Below are positions 28,187-39,626 of a stretch of DNA of 64,000 nt, one piece after another. The notes below the pieces were generated by a model. The model saw nothing but the letters and a program-made list of their open reading frames with translations, had not been told where the DNA came from and searched no databases. Every line of letters begins with the position of its first letter. Position 1 is the stretch's first letter. Origin of the DNA: Lytechinus pictus (lineage: Eukaryota); assembly GCF_037042905.1 (NCBI RefSeq), contig NC_087251.1, forward strand, positions 43,464,001 through 43,528,000, in the 5' to 3' direction. The translations under genes were made by a program, and so were the position numbers.

Positions 28187-30522
28187 GTCGATTTGACCTG
28201 GAGGAGACCACGATGTAAGTGATTTCAAAGTGCTGGCGACTGAGAACACGTCTGTCCTCTGTGTATTGTTCTACATGTAGGGCATTAGTGAATAGATGTT
28301 TAATAGTTACATCACGGCTAGCTCACATTATCAAGGAGGCCTTCAGAGCAAGAAACAGGGAAAATCCACTTCGCTCAGCCACAGGACGGCATCACAGCAT
28401 CCATTTTCCAAAATACGATTTTTTTTGCCTTTCTACGAATATATTAAACTATAAGCATGACAAAGCAGAATGCCATATGAACCTCAGATGGCAAAATAGT
28501 GTTTCATTTTATCTCCATTCCCCATGAAACATATCGAAGTTTGTTATTCCATCACCTTGATAAAAGTCTATATGCATATAATTTCATTATGTAAATTAAA
28601 TACAAAAGCTAATGAATTGGCCGAGTATTAAAATCGCAGTCTCCTATTTTTGGAATATGGAAAGGGTTTATTTGTATTTTGCAGTGTTCTTTTTTTCCTC
28701 ACGAGTATACATAATAATTTAAAAACACCCGAAAACTAAACTTAAATCAATTTTAATCGTGCATTCTAAATCTTTACACCAAAAAATTCCCAAAATTGCT
28801 AGCATACACTGTCAGTCTTATAACAACATTATTTGCCAGACGCATGACATAATCCAACAAACGTAGAGCTAGGTACAACTATTCATATCAAAGAAAACAA
28901 GTCCGAATTTTCAAATTTTGGCAGTTACAAGAAACGGTGTCTCCAAATTAGGTTGTTGAAGTGATATGTAAATATTTTTTCTGGCTATTCTAGAGCAAGA
29001 TCTTGAGGTCTGTTTGTAGAGCAGTCTTCCCTTACATGGTGGCCCACATCAGACGACATGAAGTGGTTGTTTTCCCGCTTTAATTCACCTGGATGAGCTG
29101 TATGGTGATGGGTGCATACGGCACCTCTCATCCCAGTGACACCTACCGGTCTCTAACTGGTAATTAGGACATACATCGGGTATAAATAGTTTGGTATATC
29201 AAGAAAACAAGGCGAAGGAGGAAACTTTTAAATTGAGTGTGAACGACAAAGAAAGCCTCGGGGCGCACTCACCTGCAAGCTTGAGCGGTACTTGGTTGAA
29301 ATAGAGCATTCCACAATCTATAACAACTCCGTCGCTTTGGGGACATATCAAGACATGGTTTTTACCTCGTCACTGGAATGGCTATTCCAAGCAAGAACTT
29401 TGGATATATCGATGGAAGCAACTGGGGCTCTGTATAGGCCGACTGACCATATAGCGATGATCGAAAGATTTGATGGGTTACTTGGTCTACGTTCTTTCCA
29501 TTCTTATGGTAATAACTTTACTATGTACGAAGGAATTTTTGTGTGTGTGACATAGCAGCAACACATCTGGTTTCTTGAATATGCTAGTTATTCAACTTAA
29601 AATCTTCATTCGAGCAGACAGATAATTAAAGGACGTAGTAACTTTAAAATTTATCACTCGTAAAGTAAATGAAGTAAGACTAGATCAAAGAGGCATAATT
29701 CATCGATAATGTTGATTTCATAATCAATTGTATGTAGATGGGGGGTCTTGGGGCACTGTACCCCCAAAGTTCCTAGACCAAGAAAATGAACAGAAAAATA
29801 AGAAAATTGGGAGGAAAGGAAAGGACAAAACTTGAAATATATGATACTTTTCTAATATTTAGTCGGTATCTATCACAAATTTAGATTTTTATTTAAAAGG
29901 GTACACATTTTCTCTCATTCAAGACTTTTTTAAAATGAATTTTATACCATTATAATACACCACGTTGTGACCCCCTTAACTTGTTTGGCCCATTATACCT
30001 CTGATAATAATGTAAAGTTTTCTTCAAAAAGAGCTTTTACAACATATGAAAACTAAAGAAAATGCATGAATGATATTTTCTTTGACTTTATTGTTGCCAT
30101 CGGTATCTACCTATTGACTTATGTTCAATAAGATTAGTCACACTGCGTGATATACTATATGTGATATTTTTAATTAATGAGGCTACCTGAACACCAGCCA
30201 GTCACCCGACAAGACTCAATTCTTTTAAGGGAAGCGTTCTCCAGACTTTGATTAGTGTTGTCCGTATTAATTGAACCGACAAGATGGGGAGAGTTTAATT
30301 AAATATTAGGACATGTTTAATCAGGAATTCCATTAGGCAGAACTTTCTTGATTGGATAGTACACGTGGTATGTCGTGTTTTCTTCATTTCGAAGCTAGTG
30401 TGATCACCAAGGAAAATATCGTGATATATCCATATTATGTCATGATACGATCCGACACGTCAGGAATGGCATTGTGATTACTGAAACGCTCATGAGAAAC
30501 AATTTTTAAAAAGCAAGGAGAA

Positions 30523-30756
30523 CACTGTTTACAATAATTTAAACAACGCTGTCTACTATGTGAATCGCACAGTAGTTGTTTAAACATTTTAAACAAGTGT
30601 TTAAAAATATTAAACAATAAAATTCAAATTCAAATATTTAATTATCAATAATTAAAGCATGGTTGTTTAAGATTTTAAACACTTGTTTAAACTGTTTAAA
30701 CAACTAATGTGCGATTCACATAGTAAACGGCGTTGTTTAAATTATTTTTAACAGTG
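30523..30756. mobile_element. Palindromic MITE with CACTG termini and 2-bp TSD (EnSpm/CACTA-like)
   Basis: AA|CACTG...CAGTG|AA; inverted arms of about 90 bp. Confidence 0.8.
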
Positions 30757-30981
30757 AAGGGGGCACAGTGATGTATTAACTTCTACATGTTGTCTGGAGG
30801 GCAATACAAAGAGACGCTTTTAACATGTTCAGTAATCGAATACATTATGAAGAAGAATGATTCAATTTTGCACCCTTCATGTTCTTCTGATGTGCACCAG
30901 AGAGGTGTGAATGAATTACCCCTCCTCAACCGCAGCAACAAGTCCACATCCCATACATTTTACTCTATATAAATCCACTAT

Positions 30982-31378
30982 TACCGTGTTTACATGTGAT
31001 CGGCTTTTAGTTCAGAACCAAAAGCCGATGCAGAATCGGCTTTTGGTTTATCTTGCACCGCGTTTACACGCTGTCACAGCTCGAGGTGCAGAATCGGCTC
31101 GCGTAGCAAAAACCTGAAATGATCCGCGCACCAACAATATACGTCATAATAAAGACAACGCTAGATCCGTGCGCTTTGAAGTACGTCATAATGGTAAAGT
31201 AAATAAAATGCGCGCCAATTGCCGATGCCGAATCGGCTGTCTGTTTACACGTAGAAAAAAGCCGATTCTGCATCGGCTCGCGGTTCTGAACCTACTACTT
31301 TGGTGGTGCAAAATTTCCGATTCTGCACCGCGAGCCGATGCAGAATCGGCTTTTTTGTTGCAGCGTGTAAACACGGTA
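30982..31378. mobile_element. MITE with 3-bp TSD (PIF/Harbinger-like)
   Basis: TAT|TACCGTGTTTACA...TGTAAACACGGTA|TAT; internal reiterated GCCGATGCAGAATCGGC. Confidence 0.75.
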
Positions 31379-31862
31379 TATATAATTTCTCTCTGTCTTT
31401 AATACGCGCGCGCTCATGCACACCCACACCAACACGCCCTTCACACACGAACACACCCATCATACACAAAATAAAGTATGCAAAAGCCCATCTAATTCAA
31501 ATACTCTCTCGCATACACCCACACACACATATATCCTTCACACTATTCCTCTGTGTAAAGTGTTTTCCTCCTCAAGGAGGCACCTAGATAATGTACTCGA
31601 GTATTATGAGAAAGGGAGAACACACGATGATGCTGCCATTGTAACGTAAACTTGGTCAGTTCAATTCAATAAAAAAATTACAACAAGATTGCATAAAATA
31701 ACAAATAGAAATAAATATGTATGCAATAACAATGGGTAAAACGAAAAACAAAACATAGACAAAAAGTGGAGGGACAAACAAAAGCCCCGGCCTTACAAGG
31801 GCATGTCCCCAACTGTTATGTAACCATAAACAGAAGGTGTGTTATACATTGTGCTTTAATAA

Positions 31863-32136
31863 CAATGGCGTACAGATGGGGGTCTTGTAGGGGGGGGGGG
31901 GACTCTTCCCCTATATTTTTTCAAGACTAAGAGAAAAAAGAAAAGGAAAGAGAGAATGGTGAAATACAATCTTATTTTCAGAATATCGTGTCAAAAGTTA
32001 TCACAGAATCGGGAATTTGTAATAAAAATGTCGAAATTTTTGCTCGCCCACTTCGCTTGCTCGCAACTTTTTCGGAAATTGTATGCGATACATCGTATCG
32101 TAGCCCCCTCAAAATGTTGGGCTCATAACGCCACTG
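31863..32136 (+). mobile_element. hAT-like MITE of an abundant family; other copies at about 12290-12550, 29725-30005, 44313-49960 (split) and 56570-56810
   Basis: CAATGGCGTA...AACGCCACTG; 8-bp TSD TTTAATAA/TTTGATAA; G-run and CTTCGCT(C/T)GCTC motif shared between copies. Confidence 0.7.
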
Positions 32137-33496
32137 TTTGATAATACCCAAAATGGTGGCATGATCATTGGTCCGCACTACTACATGAGCGCATGAACAA
32201 AAACATAGTTTCCAGACAGAGTTCGAACAACTCTTCTACGGTAGATAGCAAGCAAAGTAAACACAAGGCACTAATTTCCATCTTTATGTTACAATGCATT
32301 TTACTTTGGCGCCACATTCAACACTGTGTAACCCCAGAAAAAGTTCACGTGATCTATAAGCGACCGGGTTTACGGTAAGGTATGCAACCACAGACCATCG
32401 CCTGTGTGCCGATACCTCATTGGCAGGACGTTTAGCACGTTGATCTTCGCTTCTCCCAGACCAATTTGATTTAATTTGGGTTGTGGGAGGGAAGGAAATT
32501 ACCCAAATCCAGTTATTAACAGTACATGATGGTGGATAAATTGATGCGGGGTTGCGATAATGTAGCACGCGTCAATGGATTAAAAGGAGGGTATAGAGGG
32601 TAAAGGGCGGAGGGGGATTTGTGAAGATTAGGGGATTGGTAAATCCGATATGAAGGTAAACATGATATCGAAGGATCAATGCAAAATTAATCTAAATGAA
32701 TCTAGAAAAGAAAGGATAATGAAATACGAATTAATGGTAATATATTTTTTTTAAGTTAAAATGTTTATGAAAAAGAAGTGAATGAAGTGGGCGGCTGCAA
32801 GAGAAAGAGAAGGAGAGAAAACAAAATGAAAAAGAGAACGAAGTGTGTTTAAAAGAGAAGCTTAAAAAACTAAAACAATAACAAACGTATTCTAAGAAGA
32901 AAAGTAAAAAAGAAAAAAAAAGAAGGATTTCACTGTACATATAACATGTGTAAGTCAAGATAAGACTATTCAGATCCAAGTTCTTCGAATGTGGCTAAAT
33001 TAGGGCTCGAGGATGCAAAATCAGCCAAGGTGTGTTGAAGGTCTTCCTAATGATCTCTTGTTATCCGGTCTCTTGAAAGTCTGTAAAAAATTATAAGACA
33101 GGTAATTTTTGCGAGTCTTTGTTCATAGACTCTTGGTCTGTAAAATGGAGGAGGGGGGGGGGGGGCAGGGGCCTCACCCCTGCATGGGAAAGTCTGATCC
33201 TTCGATTACGAGTCACGCAGTACGTAGGGCATGTGTCCTTTTAGTGCCATCGGCATCACTAACTTTGCTCCTGAAATTAATATGGTTGCTGTCAAATTAC
33301 AGGATTCTTTTCCTAGTCTTTCCTTTTCTGCTTTTCTCCTTCCCCCTCTCTTGCGTTCCTTATCAGTCTATTGAAGCATGTCCTTTTATTCCTTCTAATT
33401 TCTTAACACTTTGTTTAGATCAATTTGAAACTGCATTTGCTGACCAATTTATTAACACGTTTTTACCTTTAATCAGTCTTGGAAAAAGGAAATTAA

Positions 33497-34080
33497 AGGA
33501 GAATGAAACCCTTGAAACCAGCTGAATCCATATCAAAGAGAAAAATCAAAGAAACATATTGTTGAAAGTTTGAGGAAGATTGAATGAATAATAAGAAAGT
33601 TATGAGCATTTGAATATTGAGATCACTAATGCCATGTAGATCCTCCTATTGGCAATGCGACCAAGATCTGTGATGTCACACACGTACAACTCCCTCATTG
33701 CTTTAGTACTTATTTCACTTATATTCTCACTTTTATAGAATCTATCACAAGGTGAGGTGTTCTCTTTATGAGAGGACAAGTACAGAGGTTTCACAACATT
33801 ATATCATTGATGAATCGTTTGTCATATGATCAGAAAGAGCAAAAAGAGATGTTTTGGGGTATATTTTCAGTGTCCAAAAGGGGAGAGTTGTTCATCTGTG
33901 ATATCATAGATCTTGGTTGCGTTGCCAATGGGAGGATCTCCATAGCATTAGTGATCTCGACATTCAAATGCTCATAACTCTTCTATTGCTAGTCCTATTT
34001 TACTCAAACTTTTGTTGATCTTATTCTTTGATTTTTCTGCTTTCACAAAAGCTAACTTGCTCCAAGAGTTTCATTCTCCT
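33497..34080. mobile_element. Non-autonomous TTAA-target DNA transposon (Kolobok-like), second family
   Basis: TTAA|AGGAGAATGAAAC...GTTTCATTCTCCT|TTAA. Confidence 0.85.
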
Positions 34081-35425
34081 TTAAGTTTATTAGGTCGATT
34101 ACATTTCCAGATGATATAAATTTGACAACAATTATAATCAATGATTATGATAATATAATTATGATTGATTAATCAATAATAACTTTCGGGTCAAAAGGTT
34201 GTCTCATGAAGCATTTCTTAGAGTTAGTGACTGGAGCCTGTTCTTTTAAATAAATTTTTTTTAAATAAGTTCAAGTTCAGGCTCAAGTTGAAATGTGACC
34301 TTTGTACATCATTTTTTTTTTTTGGGGGGGGGGATGAAGAAGCATTCAAGTCAAAATATTGAGTCCAAAATCTCAACTCAGATCTAATAAAAAGAAGTGT
34401 TGATTTACAGTACTTCTAAAGACCAACATCGTTTTGCAGGACCCGACATGAAATTAGAAATATCTCAAAGTTCCTTTTTATCTTCTGACGCTTCTTCTTT
34501 GCTCGTGATATCTACTCTTTTCGCATCCTTCTTTTAACTCATCAAGCTACATTTCATTTGAACCTGAAAATCTATATATACGTAATTTCTATTTTTTTCA
34601 AAAAATTCACAAGTGGTTTCATCAATAGCTATAAACTTAATTAGTTAACATTAGTTAAGAAGTGAATCAATCGCAATATTTTTTCGTAGATCAGGGTTTC
34701 AATATCACCCACAAGAAAAAAAAATCGAATGCAAAAATACAGAACGTAGCTAACTTTGTTTAAAATAATGCATTTGCATGTAAAATTAATGAAATAAATG
34801 TCGATATCGCTGAAATGGTCTTAATGAAATGCTTCTCTAACACATGGTATAGTGATCAAGTGCGATCCGATATAGATATGCTGTACAGAAACTAGTATAG
34901 TCTTAGCACCGTGGGTTATTAGATTGGTACGTTATTAAAGAAGCACGGACGCCATAGGCTATGTGCACTATATATCAGACTTATTAGATTACTTCTGCTA
35001 CCTTATCACTATGAATGCATCAATATATTCCATTATACTCGTTCTATTTATCAACAGCTCGCTTGATTTTATATTCAGTTTAAACGCAACCTGTTTTGAA
35101 AATGAATCTACACAATTAATCAACCAATCCATTTAAGCATTCAATTAGTCAATGCCCATTTATTACTAATTTGCGGCACCCACTTTAGAGAGCCCAAAAG
35201 TGGATTTCTTAAAGTATTGCCCTTATTTAGATTTAAATGATTTCCTATAAGAAAAGATGATAAAAAGTATTATTTATTTATTTATTTATTTATATATTTT
35301 TATTTTATTATTATTATTATTATTATTATTTTTTTTTTTTTTTTTTTGGGGGGGGGGGTGATTGCGGATTTACCTCTCAACATGTTTATCCCCTGCCATA
35401 TTCAGGCAATATAAACTGTATTTAA

Positions 35426-35520
35426 GGGGATGACATAGTGGCTCAGAGGTAGAGGGAACACCCAATGAAAGTGAGGTCGCAGGTTCGATACCCGCCCAAG
35501 TTATACCAAAGACTCAAACA
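35426..35520 (+). mobile_element. tRNA-derived SINE head fragment; related fragment on the minus strand at about 62560-62640
   Basis: A box TGGCTCAGAGG, B box GGTTCGATACC, then ATACCAAAGACT. Confidence 0.55.
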
Positions 35521-37994
35521 CCAATACCCGTCCTAATTCTTTGGTAAATATCACTTGACCGATTGCGAATAACATTTGGGAAAGTAAAAATCGGATGGAA
35601 TCCCTAATATGATGAAAAGTGGAGAATGCAAAGAAAAAAAAAGAAACAACATTATAATTAAGGGGGTATTGTTTAATTGCACATCGCATGCAGAGTAGCA
35701 AACATGGAGTGAGCGGCATGGATCTCAGGCAAAAGACTAGAATAAAAAAAAAATCTCAAGTATCCAAAATACAACTTCATGTACACAAACTTATCAATGA
35801 GCTGTTAGTTCCATGCAAAATGTATTTGTATTCGTGTTTGAATGGTTTTTTGAATGTCTTTTATGCTATTGTACCTATATTTTTATCAGATTGTGGAAAA
35901 TAAATAAATCTTAAAATCTATATCTAAATCTAAAAAAATGCTAAGACTGATGATTCAGTCCCGATGGTGAAACCGCCTCTTGAGCCCGTAACACAAAACT
36001 CAGAAAGGCTCGTAGAACAATTTTTTGTTGACTTGGGTGATTTTGACTTATTGGTCTCCTTTTCTATTTACGTCATACGGTAGCTAAGGGCAAGTGTTAC
36101 TCTAATAATTATCAACTAGGGGTAAAAGCATCACATAATACGGGTCATTATATAGGAGAGCATGTAAAAAAGCAAATTATTAAATTCCCCTCTCCCCTCT
36201 TTTTTTTCTCTCTCTCTCTGTCTAGCCCCCCCCCCCCCTCTCCTTCAACTCTATCTCTCTTTCTATCTGTCGTTTCGGAATGTTTGTATGTCTGTCTGTC
36301 CCCTCTCTCTCTCTCTCTCTTTCTCATCTTCTCCGTATTCCATCTTTCGCCAACATTATTCTGCATGAAAATGCAAAATAAAATTGTTGAAGTAAACAGA
36401 TATCAAACTGTAAAGAGAGTGGACGAATACTATTGTACGAAATGTATCCATAGACAACTGTTAAAATTCCATTGAATCATTAATACAAATATCGTACATT
36501 TTATTCTTAAATCCATAAAGGAAGTACCCATAAACTCTTTAAAAAGTGATTATTCAAAGTAAACCAATTTGGTGGTGAATACAGTATTTTTATTTTTTTG
36601 TAATAATTTTTATTAATCATTCACTTCAAAATCAAAGTGATGGTACATTGTAAAATATTACAATATCAATATTAACAAAACACTGTTCACAAAAGACAAA
36701 TAATTATCCATAATATGAATAATCGTACAAAGTGTCATAGTATTAACATATTCATATACAGTGGATAAATTCAGTAACAAAAAAGTAAACATTAACCATT
36801 TACAACCAATATAAATTTACAAACTCATACAATACTTAAGCAGAAACTTCATTGCTCAACATTGATGAAACTGAATGAAATTCATAATATAAAAAAAAAC
36901 GGAAAAGGGTTCGAGTGCTCACTCCCCACACACGCCCATATACACACACAAAAAGAACGAAATCGCTCTCACACCTGACCCCACCCCCCCCCCCCAGTAT
37001 GTGTCCGACCGATAACAAATGTCAATATCAACCAAAATTACGGTAAAATCTAACCATAAAATCGGTTGATACCTGATTATTTACAAGGATTTTTTCAACT
37101 GATAAACGCGAGGGTACACATAATAAATGTATTATTTAATAACATTCGTTTGAATTGCCTCCTTTAGAATAGTAAGTGTTATCAATTATCTATAATTGTC
37201 TTCTTTTTTAAAATGTACAAGATTCGACGATTGGTGGCGTCTTAATACTTCTCTCTCCTATAGTGATTGATCTTGTCGTAAGTTCAATTAAATTTTCACT
37301 TTCTGTCTCGTGACATCATTCGATATATAGTGTAGTTGACAAGAGTAGTGTATTCCTTGAAATTAATGGATCAAATAATTTTATTTGAATTGCAAGGATC
37401 CGGCGTCGAGTGTCAACAAGATCAAAGATCAAATCCAGTAATCAGAAATGGTCCACCTTCGTTAAAAGATACGAGTGCTACGACATTTCCTGATCTTTTT
37501 TTAAAATCTATGATGATCGATGAATCCTTACTCTTTAAACAAATTTTTAATGGAATATGTGTTGTACTTGTAAAATATGGCATTGATTACAAATTTCCCA
37601 TCAAAATGTTCCTGCTTTTTTTTAATCACGCGCCGGCAAAAAAAAAACCTGTATAGGATTATAAAACAATTATCACCATGCCTTCTAGTTCTTTTAGTAA
37701 GTGTTTTGTTTGTTTTTAGATACAGATTTGTGATTACTAATATGGATTACGACGATAAACGTCGACACGCTTTGTCTATCAACCATTAGTATACACGTCC
37801 AATAATCCAAGTATCCCATGTGGACTGAAAGCTTCTTGGTTCGTCATGGAGTTTGCTGTGTAAATTAGCTGCGGACGTTGGTTTCGCTTATAATATAGAC
37901 GGAACGTGACGCTTCTTCGAATCATTCTGGACTAAACGGAATAAGGTGGTATAGGGCCTAAGAAAATAAGAGCAATCAACGGCTATAATCCAAT

Positions 37995-38191
37995 ATGAAA
38001 GGGGAATTTAAAGTTTCGACGCTGATCTCCTACATCGTGATTGGTAGTATACTCTTCACGGTGGGATTTCTGGTGGGATTTTTTGGGACTTCGAATGATT
38101 CCTGTCCATCATACTCATCGATCGAAGATGGTGAAATAAGTCAGATGATGATTGATGAATGCAAAGCTGAAAATATCGAACAAAATCTCAG
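37995..38191 (+). CDS. M28B gene exon 1 (short cytosolic tail and transmembrane anchor)
   Basis: [25 protein letters not shown]; ends ENIEQNL with AG|gtaagg donor, phase 2. Confidence 0.9.
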
Positions 38192-39565
38192 GTAAGGACC
38201 AAGTTCGGTTGAATATTATGAACTTGTGTTTTTTTTTTGTAAAAGTAATTTGTAAGAGTCTTTTGGGAAGAAGTATTAGTACACTTTGCAAGGATGTTTT
38301 GTAAGAGCTTTCTGTAAGCATGGTAAGAGATTCCTCCATGGTGTACCTACTTTAATATCAATGGCTGATGATGTATTGATATCGTGTTACCATGGCTACG
38401 GATACATTGTTTTATTCATAGGGAGTTAAGTAGTCGACCTCATATGGCGGGAACACCAGCTGAGAAGGAGAATGCTGAGATGCTTGTCAACCTCTGGACG
38501 GAGTATGGATTCGATTCGGTTCGGTTAATACCTTACGATGTTCTCTTGGCTTACCCTGATCCGGATAATCCGAATAAGGTAATATTTGTTACCATGTTAT
38601 CACAAATGTTGATATTATTTCTTGTCCCTATAGTATTATGACATTCTCAGAGTTGTACGAGGTGAATTTATTTTAAAAAGAATATAAATGTGAAGAAATT
38701 TGTGAGTATTGATGAATGTGATTTAATAGATTTTTGAAAAGAAATTTTAAAGTGTAATTTAAGGTTTGGCAAAAACAAGGTAACTCCCATTTGTATATAA
38801 GGAACGGGGAAACACTGATGTATATCATGAACTTAAGATTTAATTGAACAGATTGCGCACCCATATAACACAACATCTTAATCAACATTTTCCCTGTGTA
38901 TATGAAACGCTGCGATTAACATCTTGATATTAAATGTGAATCATATTTCTCAAACAAAACAAAAACAATAATACACACGTTGAATGATAATTCAATCGAC
39001 AGGGAATTATAATACTTTATCGGGTAGCTTTTAAACATGTCCGTATGAACAAATTAATGTATATCACTGTAGTAAGTACAATGTTATACTACCACTGACA
39101 TCCACACATAGGTAGGTCGTCGTGTGAACTTTGGATCGTGGAATGTCAATATTATTATGCAATAAGTTATCTTTTTATAGTGTTTATATACAGCGCACAA
39201 TCCGCACATTCGACACCACCTTATATTTATTTTTGAGGAGTTATCTGTTGCCCTGTATAGCGAACGAGCAGTGATGGGTATTATTACAAATTTATTGAAT
39301 CGTATTCAGGCAAATCGGCCTTTGTTGACATTATCTTAATACATGTATATGTGACCATGCAATTCAATCTTCCGATAGTAATAATAAAAATGATAACAAT
39401 AATTATGTTATATGATTGCATGGCTCAGAATGGAATACCAGAAATATTCCAAGAGGTTGGGCATATATTCCAACGCTATATATAAATCAGGGGCGTCAAT
39501 CCATTTTTCAGATTGTGGGGGGGGGGGGGCAAAGTCATGAGACATAAATCAACATTACAGAGGCG

Positions 39566-39626
<61 letters not shown>

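Larger units (their letters stand above)
25760..29200 (-). pseudogene. Probable highly decayed single-exon Toll-like receptor pseudogene
   Basis: Remnants in the expected order on the minus strand: LRR-like pieces (about 28800-28900, 28520-28570, 26750-26900), LRRCT-like YLCTS...*L (26685), FKWKVR (26445), and TIR-like FQND..NSAD..FV, ICVFDFVTG..ILNDV, FILVF and FRLR (26253-25806). Many stops and frameshifts; recognised by eye only. Confidence 0.5.

Noticed and set aside
30787..31649. Cluster of overlapping ORFs on both strands
   Set aside because: Explained by the palindromic MITE at 30982-31378 and CA-rich sequence
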